Assembly (NCBI GenBank): GCA_021802125.1
Contig: JAKAAX010000004.1
Span: 4,560 to 68,559, forward strand
Direction: 5' to 3'
Source of the DNA: Thermoplasmata archaeon
GTDB taxonomy: Archaea > Thermoplasmatota > Thermoplasmata > Lutacidiplasmatales > UBA184
Length of the DNA: 64,000 bases
The notes under the pieces were generated by a model, which did no database searches, was not told the DNA's origin, and worked only from the letters and a program-made list of their open reading frames with translations. Below, in pieces: positions 28,875 to 38,365 of the stretch; within the stretch, counting starts at the first letter, position 1, and every line of letters starts with the position of its first letter. Both the position numbers and the translations under genes were made by a program.

Positions 28875-30620
28875 CTAGGGCGTACCGGGCGCTTTCGGCG
28901 CTGCTGGACGGGTCGCCGAGGGGCTGCCGGCGGTCGTGCCCGCAGCGGTCGTGGTCCGGAGCTCCCTCCGAAGGACCTTCCCGACGAGGGTCTTCGGGAG
29001 GCTCTCCCGGAACTCGACGCTCCTCGGGGCCTTGAAGTGCGCGATCCGGGACTTGACGAAATCGATGATCTCCTTCTCCGTGGCGTGGGTCCCGGGCTTC
29101 AGCACCACGAAGGCCTTCACGACCTCCCCTAGGGTGTCCTGCGGAACCCCGATCGCCGCGGCCTCGGAGACGGCGGGATGCTGGTAGAGGATCTCCTCGA
29201 CCTCGCGCGGATAGACGTTGAAGCCGCCGACCAGGATGAGGTCCTTCTTCCGGTCGACGATGTAGGCGTAGCCTTCCTCGTCGATCTTCGCGATGTCGCC
29301 CGTGATGAGCCAGCCGTCCTTGAGGACGTTCGCCGTCTCCTCCGGACGGTTCCAGTACCCGAGCATCACCTGGGGTCCCCGGATCGCGAGCTCGCCCTCC
29401 GCGCCCATGGGAAGTTCCTTCGAGGAGTCGTCTGGGTCCAGGACTTTCGCGTCGGTGGAGGGAAGCGCGAGCCCGATCGACCCGATCTTCTTCTTTCCTG
29501 AAACGGGGTTCGCGTGCGTCGCGGGGGAGGTCTCCGAGAGCCCGTAACCCTCGATGAGGTTCGCACCGGTGAGCTCCTCGAACCGCTTCCAGACCTCCAC
29601 GGGGAGGGGAGCGGAACCGCTGAGACAGATCTTCATACCCCGAAGGTCCGTCTTCCCGGCGTTCGGGTGATTGCAGACCGCGGCGTAGAGCGCGGGAACG
29701 CCGGGCAGCTGCGTCGGACGGTAGGTCACGAGGAACTTGAGGAGCGAGTCGGGCTCCGGGCGGTCGGGGCTGACCACGACGGTGGCTCCGTAGAACAGGG
29801 GGAAGTTCATCGCGACGGTCATCCCGTACACGTGGAAGAACGGGATCACCGCCAGCACCGTCTCGTCGCCTTCGGTGGCTTCGGTGAACCAGGTCCGGGC
29901 CTGGACCGCATTGGCGACCAGGTTCCGGTGTGAGAGCATGGCCGCCTTGGGGCGACCGGTCGTGCCGCCCGTGTACTGGAAGACGGCGACGTCCTTCGCA
30001 GGATCGACGGGGACCCTGGGCGCGCGGGTCTTGGACCTCCGGAGGTCCCGGAACCGCTTGTAGGGGATGCGGGTGGGCAGGCTTGGGTCGAAGCCTTTCT
30101 TCTTGAGCCTGCCGTTCACGACCAGGCTGGGGATGAACGTCGCCTCCTCCTTGAGGCGGCCGACGATCACGATCGGGTGGGGGATCCGGTCCCAGACCTC
30201 CTCGAGCTTATGGGAGAGGAAGTCCAGGGTCACGAGCGCCTTCGCCCCTGAGTCCTTGATGGGGAAGACCAGGTCGTCCCCCAGGTACAGGGGGCTGATC
30301 TGCACCACGGTGAGGCCGAGTCGGAGCGCGGCGAAGTAGCTGATGATGTACTGGGGGCAGTTCGGAAGGTAGAGCGCGACCCGGTCGCCCTTCTTCAATC
30401 CCAGCTCGCTGAACCCTCCAGAGACGCGTTCGATCTCCTCCTGAAGGTGAGGGAAGCTCCACTTCTTGTGATGCCCAGGTGCCAAGGCGAAGACGATCGC
30501 GTCCCGCTGGGGCCACTTCTTCACAGCGGCTTCGAGCATCTCGGGGACCGAGGTGTTCGGGATCTCCACCTCCGCCGGCACTCCCTTGGGGTAGGACTTC
30601 AGCCAGGGGCGCGCTGCCAT
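28875..30620 (-). CDS. Long-chain-fatty-acid--CoA ligase
   Basis: PWLKSYP, QYTGGTTGRPK, EGYGLSE, GDIA, DRKKD, GFNVYPREVE, LPKT.VGK. Confidence 0.95.
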   Translation of the reverse strand: MAARPWLKSYPKGVPAEVEIPNTSVPEMLEAAVKKWPQRDAIVFALAPGHHKKWSFPHLQEEIERVSGGFSELGLKKGDRVALYLPNCPQYIISYFAALRLGLTVVQISPLYLGDDLVFPIKDSGAKALVTLDFLSHKLEEVWDRIPHPIVIVGRLKEEATFIPSLVVNGRLKKKGFDPSLPTRIPYKRFRDLRRSKTRAPRVPVDPAKDVAVFQYTGGTTGRPKAAMLSHRNLVANAVQARTWFTEATEGDETVLAVIPFFHVYGMTVAMNFPLFYGATVVVSPDRPEPDSLLKFLVTYRPTQLPGVPALYAAVCNHPNAGKTDLRGMKICLSGSAPLPVEVWKRFEELTGANLIEGYGLSETSPATHANPVSGKKKIGSIGLALPSTDAKVLDPDDSSKELPMGAEGELAIRGPQVMLGYWNRPEETANVLKDGWLITGDIAKIDEEGYAYIVDRKKDLILVGGFNVYPREVEEILYQHPAVSEAAAIGVPQDTLGEVVKAFVVLKPGTHATEKEIIDFVKSRIAHFKAPRSVEFRESLPKTLVGKVLRRELRTTTAAGTTAGSPSATRPAAPKAPGTP

Positions 30621-30815
30621 CGACACGGTGTTCGGGAAGTGAACGTGGCTATGAACGTTCACGTGGAAGGTTTACGCGGATTTTCTGCCCTCGCGATGGG
30701 TGGGAGCCCCGATCCGTCCCTGACCGAGCGTCCGGCGCTTCCCGGTTGCGCATCCCCCCCGTTCGCTCGGCCACGGACATTAAAGGGGAGGCAGGGCGAG
30801 ACCCCGAGGAGGCTC

Positions 30816-33269
30816 ATGCGTACCGTTCTGCGCCCCCGTGGGCATGGGCTTGTGCCACGATGGCTGTTGGTCTCGGCCGTGGTCGGCCTCCTCTGCGGGG
30901 CCCTGCCCTCAGCCTTGCCGCAACTCCCGTCAGAGTACGGGGGGAGCGTGGGTCTCTCTGCATCCACGGCCGTGCATCTGGTGGGGCCCGAGCGAGGAGG
31001 ATCCCCCGTTCTTGCCGCGACCCCAAACAAGGACGGCGTGTCGGGCGTGAAGGGAGGCTTGGCTGGCACCGCCCTCCCCGCGCTAACCTGGAGCAACCTT
31101 TCCGCCGTCGCTTCGGGGACCGGCCCTTCCCCCCGGGAGGGTGCGGCAATGGCCTACGACCCGAAGGACGGGTACGTGGTCCTCTTCGGAGGGAGCAAGC
31201 CGAGCGGAGCCGAGCTTGGCGACACCTGGACCTACCACAACGGGACCTGGGCGAACCTCACGGCCTCGCTCTCATCCTCGCCGTCGCCCAGGTCCGGCGC
31301 CGGGATGTCGTGGGACCCCTCCAGCACCCGGCTGGTCCTGTTCGGGGGTCAGGGAGCCTCCGGGTCTCTGCTCAACGACACCTGGGTCTTCTCCGGAGGC
31401 TCCTGGACGAACGTCACCTCCGCACTGCTGCGCTCTCCACCGCCGACCTACGCCCCCTCGCTCACCACGGATTCCGCCGACGGGGCCGTGATCCTCTTCG
31501 GGGGAGCTTGGGCCAAAGGCGCGTTCGGGCAGACGTGGGAGTGGAGGGGTAGCGGGTGGACAAACCTGACCGGCTCCTTGACCGTCGCCCCTGCGGCGCG
31601 GCTGTGGGTCGCCTCCGCGGACGATCCTTGGGATGCAGGGGTCCTCGTCTTCGGCGGGTACGATGATAACGCCACGTACTTCTCCGATACCTGGCTCTTC
31701 CATGCGGGGACCTGGACGAATCTCACACCGGGTCTCTCGATCTCGCCCGGACGCCTGATCGAGGCCTCGCTCCTGCAGGAGGGGGGAGAGCAGGGACTGG
31801 TGCTAGCCTTCGGTTCGTCCGTCTCGGGGGGAGGTGTACCGTCGGAGAATCCCTCCACCTGGGTCTGGCGTTCGGGGAAATGGGTGAACGCCTCCGCTAC
31901 GGTCTCGAACGCTCCCGCGCTCCGGGACCTGGCAGGTCAAGCTACGGTCCCGTACGGTGGAGGTGATGGGGTCGTCTTTGGAGGCGTTGGTGGAACCTCC
32001 GACCTCTCTGACCTCGAGCTTCTGCATCTCCCTCTGGACGCGAACGCCAGCGTAGGGCCCACACCGGTCCCCCTGGGAACCGCGGTCCGGTTCAACGCCC
32101 AGATCGTCGGAGGCGTTCCCCCGGTAGCGGTCCGTTGGGATCTCGGCGACGGGACGGTCAGTACGATTCAGAATGGGACGCACACCTACGTTTCCCCCGG
32201 AACCTACGCGGTCGCTTTCCTCACCACCGACAGCCTGGGGGCGGCCATCTTCGAGAACTTCTCGGTCAGGGTCGTGTCCGGGCTTGCGGTGACAGCTACC
32301 GCTTCGCCTGGGGCGATGGACCTCGGGATGCCCACGAGCTTCTCCTCTACCGTTCTCGGTGGGTCGCCGCCCTTCAGCTACGCCTGGGACTTCGGCGACG
32401 GCAACACGTCGACGGGCACCTCGCCCACGCACGACTACGGGCGGACAGGGGTGTTCACCGTCCGGCTTTCCGTCACCGACACGTTGGGGACGTCGGGGAG
32501 CGCTTGGGCCAACGTCACCGTAGCCTCCCTACCCACGGTCACGATCACCGATAACCCAAGCTCCGCCTCCATCGGACAATCCGTCCAGTTCAGCTCCTCC
32601 GTGTTCGGAGGGACGCGGCCCATCACGTTCTCGTGGGCCCTAGGCGACGGGAGCGTGACTACCTCGCCCAACGCGACCCATGCCTATGCTGCACCGGGCC
32701 GGTTCACGGTGGCTCTCGAGGTCACGGACGCCCTCGGACGATCTTCCAACGCATCGGTCATCTTGCCGGTCACCTCCACCGGGTCTCCGCTGATGGTCGT
32801 GGCCACGGCCCTCCCCTCCCAGGGGAACACCTCCACGAGCTTTGTGTTCAACGCGACCGCTTCCGGGGGAAGCCCGCCGTACACGTTCGTGTGGTCGCTG
32901 GGCGATGGATCGACGGCTGCTGGGCGGCAGGTCACCCACAAGTTCGCACGAGGAAGGACCGCCCCGTACAACGTCACCGCGAACGTGACCGACCTGGTGG
33001 GCGACCGGTCCGAGGTCTCGCTCCAGGTCCTCGTGTCCTCGGTCCCGACCACCTCTCCCGGAGGGGGAACCTCCCAGCACGGCGGTGGAGGGTGGCTCAC
33101 GACCACGGTGACCGAGGTCGTGCTCGCCGCCGTTGGAGTTCTCGTAGCGGTCGTCGCAGCCGCACTATTCCTCTCGCGGAAGCGCAAGCGACAGCGAGAG
33201 GGGTCGAAAGAAGGAGCGCGGCCGCCGCCGGACCCCAGCGAGGAGTCGGCGGCCGGAGCACCACCCTAG
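30816..33269 (+). CDS. Surface protein with kelch-like propeller, about four PKD domains and C-terminal TM
   Basis: Signal peptide; MAYDPKDGYVVLFGG..DTW repeats; WDLGDG, WDFGDG, WALGDG and WSLGDG PKD motifs; TM followed by RKRKR. Confidence 0.88.
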   Translation: MRTVLRPRGHGLVPRWLLVSAVVGLLCGALPSALPQLPSEYGGSVGLSASTAVHLVGPERGGSPVLAATPNKDGVSGVKGGLAGTALPALTWSNLSAVASGTGPSPREGAAMAYDPKDGYVVLFGGSKPSGAELGDTWTYHNGTWANLTASLSSSPSPRSGAGMSWDPSSTRLVLFGGQGASGSLLNDTWVFSGGSWTNVTSALLRSPPPTYAPSLTTDSADGAVILFGGAWAKGAFGQTWEWRGSGWTNLTGSLTVAPAARLWVASADDPWDAGVLVFGGYDDNATYFSDTWLFHAGTWTNLTPGLSISPGRLIEASLLQEGGEQGLVLAFGSSVSGGGVPSENPSTWVWRSGKWVNASATVSNAPALRDLAGQATVPYGGGDGVVFGGVGGTSDLSDLELLHLPLDANASVGPTPVPLGTAVRFNAQIVGGVPPVAVRWDLGDGTVSTIQNGTHTYVSPGTYAVAFLTTDSLGAAIFENFSVRVVSGLAVTATASPGAMDLGMPTSFSSTVLGGSPPFSYAWDFGDGNTSTGTSPTHDYGRTGVFTVRLSVTDTLGTSGSAWANVTVASLPTVTITDNPSSASIGQSVQFSSSVFGGTRPITFSWALGDGSVTTSPNATHAYAAPGRFTVALEVTDALGRSSNASVILPVTSTGSPLMVVATALPSQGNTSTSFVFNATASGGSPPYTFVWSLGDGSTAAGRQVTHKFARGRTAPYNVTANVTDLVGDRSEVSLQVLVSSVPTTSPGGGTSQHGGGGWLTTTVTEVVLAAVGVLVAVVAAALFLSRKRKRQREGSKEGARPPPDPSEESAAGAPP

Positions 33270-33697
33270 TCCTTCTCGAAGACCATCCCGATCTTGTAGG
33301 ACTTCGTCCAGTGGACCTTGTCGCCGATCTTCAGGTCCTCGGGGCGCTTCGCGTTGGGCAGCCATCCGGAGACGACGGACCCGTCGTCGAGCTGAACGAG
33401 CGCGTAGGCGTAGGGCGCGTCGTTCACGAACTCGTCCGCCGGGACGTTCTGGAGCGAGAAGGCGATGACCGAGCCGTTCCCCTTGAACGTCGCGTCCTTC
33501 AGGCTGTTCTGCTTCCCGCACCTCGGGCACTCGAGGATGAAGGTGAGGGTCTTGTACCCGCAGGAGCACTCGTACCCGACGAGCTTCCCTTCCTCCTCGT
33601 AGGCCTTGTAGAACTCCCCCACCGAGTGGGTCGGGGTCACGGGCGCGGTCTTGGTCGCGGCAGGCTCGTGTTTGGTCGTTGCAACGTGCATCGCCAT
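33266..33697 (-). CDS. Zn-ribbon/OB-fold protein (DUF35 family), thiolase partner
   Basis: GYECSCG..CPRCG, PYAYALVQLDDG, LKIGDKV; directly downstream of the thiolase. Confidence 0.88.
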   Translation of the reverse strand: MAMHVATTKHEPAATKTAPVTPTHSVGEFYKAYEEEGKLVGYECSCGYKTLTFILECPRCGKQNSLKDATFKGNGSVIAFSLQNVPADEFVNDAPYAYALVQLDDGSVVSGWLPNAKRPEDLKIGDKVHWTKSYKIGMVFEKD

Positions 33698-33723
33698 GGT
33701 GGTTCCTCTTCTCCTCCGATCTT

Positions 33724-34881
33724 CTACTTCTTCTCGAAGATGTGGACCGAACAGCTCCCGCCCGTCGCGCCCACGTTGTGGCAAAGGGCCCACTGAGGGT
33801 CCTTCACCTGGCGCTTACCGGCGTGGCCGTTGAACTGCTCGAAGACCTCCACCACTTGCGCCGCGCCCGTCGCGCTGACCGGGTGTCCCTTGGCCTTCAG
33901 GCCACCAGAGACGTTGATCGGCGTGCTCCCGTCGACCGCGGACTGCCCCTCCCTCGCTGCAGGGGCGGCCTTCCCCTTCGGGTAGAAGCCCAGGTCCTCC
34001 ATCGCGAGGACCTCGGCGATGGTGAAGCAGTCGTGCACCTCGGAGAAGTCGATGTCCTTCGGGGTCACCTTCGCCTGCTTGAACGCCTTCTCGCCTGCCG
34101 TTCGGGCGGCCGGGAGGGCGGTGAGGTCCGGCCGGTCCTGCAGGGCAGCGATGCTGCCCGCGCGAGCCGACGCCCGGATCACGGCGGAGGTGCCGGGGAT
34201 GTCGCGCCGGTACTTCGCGGGGTTCACGACGACCACCGCGGCCGCCCCGTCCGAGAACGGGCAGCAGTCGTACAGCTTGAGTGGCCATGCGATCGGGGCC
34301 GAGTTGAGGTAGGTCTCGATCGTGATCGGCTTCTGGAAGTGGGCGTGCGGGTTGCCGGAGGCGTTCTGGTGGTTCTTGACCGCGACCGCGCCCAGCTCCT
34401 CGGGCTTCGTCCCGTACTTCTGCATGTGGGCGCTGGCGAGCGTCGCGTAAAGGCCCGGGAAGGTCGCGCCGTTGCGCGCCTCGAAGGCATAGTCCGCGCC
34501 CATCGCGAAGTAGCTCGTCGCGGAGAGCGTCTCCATGTGCGAGAGCTTCTCGACACCCACGACCAGCGCGGCGTTGAGGAATCCCCCAGCCACGTGCACG
34601 TAGGCCTCGTGGAGCGCCGCGGAGGACGAGGAACAGGCGGACTCGATCGTGGCCGAAGGGACGTCCGGGATCCCCAGGGAGGTGTTGATGAGCGGGCCGA
34701 CGTGGGCCTGCCTCTCCGCCACACCGAAGCAATTGGACACGAACGTGTACTCGATGTCCTTGGGCTCGAGCCCGGCCGCTCGGATGGCCTCCAGCGAGAC
34801 CTTCGCTGCGGCTTCCCGACCGGTATCGGACATCTTTCCGAACTTGTTCATCGCGGCTCCGGCGACCCAGACTTCCTCCAT
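33724..34881 (-). CDS. Archaeal thiolase (acetyl-CoA C-acyltransferase)
   Basis: IESACSSS, GVEK, KNHQNA..NP.AHF, DCCPFSDGAAA, EVHDCFT, NVSGGLKAKGHPVSATG. Confidence 0.94.
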   Translation of the reverse strand: MEEVWVAGAAMNKFGKMSDTGREAAAKVSLEAIRAAGLEPKDIEYTFVSNCFGVAERQAHVGPLINTSLGIPDVPSATIESACSSSSAALHEAYVHVAGGFLNAALVVGVEKLSHMETLSATSYFAMGADYAFEARNGATFPGLYATLASAHMQKYGTKPEELGAVAVKNHQNASGNPHAHFQKPITIETYLNSAPIAWPLKLYDCCPFSDGAAAVVVVNPAKYRRDIPGTSAVIRASARAGSIAALQDRPDLTALPAARTAGEKAFKQAKVTPKDIDFSEVHDCFTIAEVLAMEDLGFYPKGKAAPAAREGQSAVDGSTPINVSGGLKAKGHPVSATGAAQVVEVFEQFNGHAGKRQVKDPQWALCHNVGATGGSCSVHIFEKK

Positions 34882-34952
34882 GGTGGTTGCTTCCTCCGGC
34901 CAGCGTATCCCGTACGGAATCCGGACCGGCCAATGTCGCAGAGGCCGTGTCC

Positions 34953-35633
34953 TTAAGCTACTTTCGGACGCCGAAAACGCGGCGTCACATGCCCTCCCCC
35001 GGAAGGGGAGGTTGGGGGCTCCAAGGTGGGAGCGGGACGGCCCGACAGGACAGCGAGGTGTCGACCCCTGAGCTGCACCAGGTCGGCTTGCAGTTGCGCG
35101 ACCATGTCCCTCAACTTGGGCAGGTTGTTCGCGAGCGCGTCCTTGAGGGACCGGGCCGCCGCCAGCGCCTCGTCAGGGGAGAGCTCCCGGAAGTTCGTGA
35201 GCGCTACGCGCATCTGAGAGGGCAGTCGTTTCCAGGCGGCGCCGTCGAAGAGCGAGGTGGCGTGGAGCAAGACGTGGCGAAGGGGCACGGGGGGAGCCAC
35301 TCGCGGCCGGAGCAGGGTCCAACGTGCCCAGAGCTCGATCTCGCCGGCGAGGACCATCAGCCCGTCGCTCACGGTCCGCAGATCGTCCTCGACCGGAAGA
35401 AGCGCCTCATAGAACCTCCAGGGCGCGAGGTCCTTGCCCAGCGAGCGGAGTCCCCGTGAGATCTCTTGGAGCTCGGAGGCCATCACCTCCCGCTCGCAGG
35501 GTGCGAGCCATCGAACGCCCTCGTCACCGATGCCCAGGAGGTTCTCTTCCAGGTTCCGCAGGCCCACTTCGAGGCTGGGATCCGAGCTCTCGGCGAGCTC
35601 TACCCGTGGGGTTTGGCCGGCTTCCGTCAGCAT
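34953..35633 (-). CDS. Hypothetical helical protein
   Basis: Only natural-looking ORF in the interval; L/E/R-rich helices. Confidence 0.55.
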   Translation of the reverse strand: MLTEAGQTPRVELAESSDPSLEVGLRNLEENLLGIGDEGVRWLAPCEREVMASELQEISRGLRSLGKDLAPWRFYEALLPVEDDLRTVSDGLMVLAGEIELWARWTLLRPRVAPPVPLRHVLLHATSLFDGAAWKRLPSQMRVALTNFRELSPDEALAAARSLKDALANNLPKLRDMVAQLQADLVQLRGRHLAVLSGRPAPTLEPPTSPSGGGHVTPRFRRPKVA

Positions 35634-36084
35634 AAGGTCTCCTCGATGACCGACAACAGAAGTAGGGCAGAAGGGCAGAGGGCGGCGCTCCCGGGTGGGT
35701 GCGCACAAATACGTATAGCTCGGCCCCGATATTAAAGCGTCCTCAGGCGCATCTGGAGGGATCGGCCCGAGCCTACGGGTTCATCCGGGCGGTGTTCGCC
35801 CGACAATGCACCGAGGAGGAACCCTGACCTGAAGCGTGTCGATTCCTCACCTGCTCCAACCATCGTGGCTCCCCGTTACAACCAGGTAACGGGCTGGTTC
35901 GAGCTCAAGCACATCCTAATACGACCCCATACCTGTGAGGGGCGAGGAAAATAATGTCCATGAATGCAAAAGAGCTGCGCGCGCCTATTGCGGCGCGGCT
36001 CAATGGAAGAGGGCCGACGTTCTACAACCGTCACTCCGACGAGACGAGCGCCTTCGGTCCCTCCGGTAAGGTTCGAGGGGAACC

Positions 36085-37071
36085 GTGACCGCGACCCCTA
36101 CCCCTTCCACTGGGGCCCCTGCCGCCACGCCTGCGACGACGCCGATCCCTGTGAGGCGAAAGTCCCACGCGAAGGCCGCGGTGGGCGCAATCATCCTCGC
36201 GATCGTCGTTGTCGCGGCCGGCTACTACTACTTCGAGCTCCGCCCCACCACAAAGACCACGGCTCCGCTCGAGGAGGGAGGGTTCGCACAGGGCTCGCCG
36301 GTGACGTTCGTGTACAACGGGACGAACACGTTCCTTTGCAGGCCGGGCCTCCTGACATTCTACCCCACCGCGACGAGCGCCGCGAGTACCACACCGTGTG
36401 AAGTCGGGGCCGCAAACCAGAGCCTCATCCTCCAGTACCCGGAGTGGGTCTTGGTCCCAGCCTTCGCTGGCCTCTCGATCTTCGGGATCACCAGCTTGGG
36501 GGCGAGCTCCCAAGGGTTCCCCCAGTTCCAGTCCGGGGCGATCCAGACGGACTGCGGCGGCGGTGGGTCGGCCACGGCCTGTGTCGACCACCCGACCAAC
36601 ATCTATTCCCCGCTCTTCACCTCGGTGGAACAGTTCCTGAACATCTCCACCGGGGTGAACGGCCTCCCCGAGGGGGTCCTCCCCACGCCCGCGCACGACC
36701 ACCTCCTCAACACGAGCACCACGTTTCCCAACGTGGAGTGGGGCACGATCGTGGTCCTGGTGATGGACCCGAACATCTGGCCGAACCGGGCGACCGGGGC
36801 CTGCACCAGCACCGTAGCCTCGAACCTGTCGAGCCCGACGGGCAACTGCCTCACCTCGATGAGCGCCCTCGAGAACGCCCTGTGGACCCACTCGACCGCG
36901 GTGAACGGCGCCAACCACGGCAACCCGATATGGCAGACCCTGGGGGCTCCGACCAACCAGGTCATCGTGCCGGGCGACCTTACGGTGGCCACGCTCAACA
37001 ATCTCAACTCGAACCTCTACATCCCCTTCTCCGTCCAACCAGGGGCACCGGCCTCTGGCTACCCCACATAG
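36085..37071 (+). CDS. Membrane-anchored secreted protein, Cys-containing and S/T/N-rich
   Basis: RRK followed by an N-terminal TM; many N-x-S/T sequons; six Cys; PTPAHDH motif. Confidence 0.75.
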   Translation: MTATPTPSTGAPAATPATTPIPVRRKSHAKAAVGAIILAIVVVAAGYYYFELRPTTKTTAPLEEGGFAQGSPVTFVYNGTNTFLCRPGLLTFYPTATSAASTTPCEVGAANQSLILQYPEWVLVPAFAGLSIFGITSLGASSQGFPQFQSGAIQTDCGGGGSATACVDHPTNIYSPLFTSVEQFLNISTGVNGLPEGVLPTPAHDHLLNTSTTFPNVEWGTIVVLVMDPNIWPNRATGACTSTVASNLSSPTGNCLTSMSALENALWTHSTAVNGANHGNPIWQTLGAPTNQVIVPGDLTVATLNNLNSNLYIPFSVQPGAPASGYPT

Positions 37072-37165
37072 TCGTCCTCCGCAACGGAGGGAGGCTCGGG
37101 TCGGGTTCGAACTCTCCCGGTCCCTCTCGAGGAGCATCTCAACGCGGTGATCTGGCGGGTTCGGG

Positions 37166-37462
37166 CTACCGCTCCCGGACCAGCGGGGGGACCTCGGACG
37201 GGAGGTCGAAGAGCCGTACCAGCTCGCGGAAGGCCCGGTCGGCCACCCCGGCGTCGTGGGTCTTCACGACGATCTTTCCGTCGCGGGTGACGGTGACCTC
37301 CGGTTCGCCCGGCAGGATCAGCATCACCCGGGCATCGACCACCGCACGGCCCGAGGACTCCGCCGCTGCACGGACCTTGGCGAGGTCCAGACGGAGCTTC
37401 GGCTCTGGGATGGCCTCGAAGGCTCCACCGTTCGAGCAGAGCTTGAGGGACCGGTAGCTCAC
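37166..37462 (-). CDS. Small conserved-looking hypothetical protein coupled to the thiI-like gene
   Basis: GTG start overlapping the thiI stop (GTGA); LKLC, EVTVTRDGKIVVKT. Confidence 0.65.
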   Translation of the reverse strand: MSYRSLKLCSNGGAFEAIPEPKLRLDLAKVRAAAESSGRAVVDARVMLILPGEPEVTVTRDGKIVVKTHDAGVADRAFRELVRLFDLPSEVPPLVRER

Positions 37463-38085
37463 TGGAGCACCGCGTGGCGGACCACGTCGTCCAGCATCCG
37501 GTCCACGTCGATCTTCTGCTCTTCGCCCAGGATCTGAACGAGCCGCGTCCGAGTCGCCGGGCGGTCCGGAACAGCCTGGCAGCAAAGGCCGGGTCGCGTA
37601 GAGATGCCGTAAGTGCCGAGCGCCCGGGCACGCTCCTCGATCTCGTGCTTGTCGAAGCCGACGAGCGGGCGGACGATGGGCATCTTCACCGCGACGGTCG
37701 CAGACCGCATGTTGGAGAGCGTCTGGCTCGCGACCTGCCCGAGAGCCTCGCCCGTGAGAAGGAAGGTCGCGCCCTCGCGCTCGGCCACCTTCTCGGCCGA
37801 CCTCCACATGAAGCGTCGGCAGAGCACGCAGCCGACGTGCCGGTCCGTGTTGCGCATGAGGGTGACCTGCGTCGAGCCGTGCGGAAGGACGTAGAGCGGG
37901 AGGGTGACCCCGTACCGGGCGCGCAGGACGTCCAGGTGGTCCCGGACCTTCTCGAGAGGGGAGTCATCGGTGAAGGGGCGGTTGTCCATGTGCACAGCGA
38001 CCAGCTCGTGGCCCCGAGAGAGGAGCATATCCGCCGCGACAGGGGAGTCGATCCCCCCGGACATGAGCACGACCCCTTTCGCCAT
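37459..38085 (-). CDS. thiI: ThiI-like sulfur transferase, catalytic PP-loop domain only
   Basis: LMSGGIDSPVAA, CVLCRRFM, TGEALGQVASQTLSN, RPLVGFDK.EI, GTYGIS, CC. Confidence 0.85.
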   Translation of the reverse strand: MAKGVVLMSGGIDSPVAADMLLSRGHELVAVHMDNRPFTDDSPLEKVRDHLDVLRARYGVTLPLYVLPHGSTQVTLMRNTDRHVGCVLCRRFMWRSAEKVAEREGATFLLTGEALGQVASQTLSNMRSATVAVKMPIVRPLVGFDKHEIEERARALGTYGISTRPGLCCQAVPDRPATRTRLVQILGEEQKIDVDRMLDDVVRHAVLQ

Positions 38086-38365
38086 GGACGCTGCTCAAGC
38101 TGGGCCGGGCTATTTCAGACCTCTCCAGCCCCCCTCCCTCTGGGCCGGGCAGGGAGAGGTGGCTCGCGCGGGGGGGTGAGGGTCGCCCGCTCGCCGAGAC
38201 CCCGACCGAGAGGTCGGACCAACCCTTATGCGTCCGGCGAGGCATAATACCGCAGACTCGACACCCCCGTCATTTTGTCCATTGGGAAGGCAGGGGGACC
38301 CCGTGTTCTCTACATCGAAGGTGAGGTCGATCGCGGACCAGCGAAAGTCGGAAGGCCGGACCCCT

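Noticed and set aside
37095-37130. gggttcgaac resembling a tRNA T-loop or att site
   Set aside because: The T-stem does not pair, no cloverleaf forms and no integrase is nearby
38101-38150. Direct repeat tgggccgggc twice, 40 nt apart
   Set aside because: Only two short GC-rich copies; not a CRISPR array or convincing repeat
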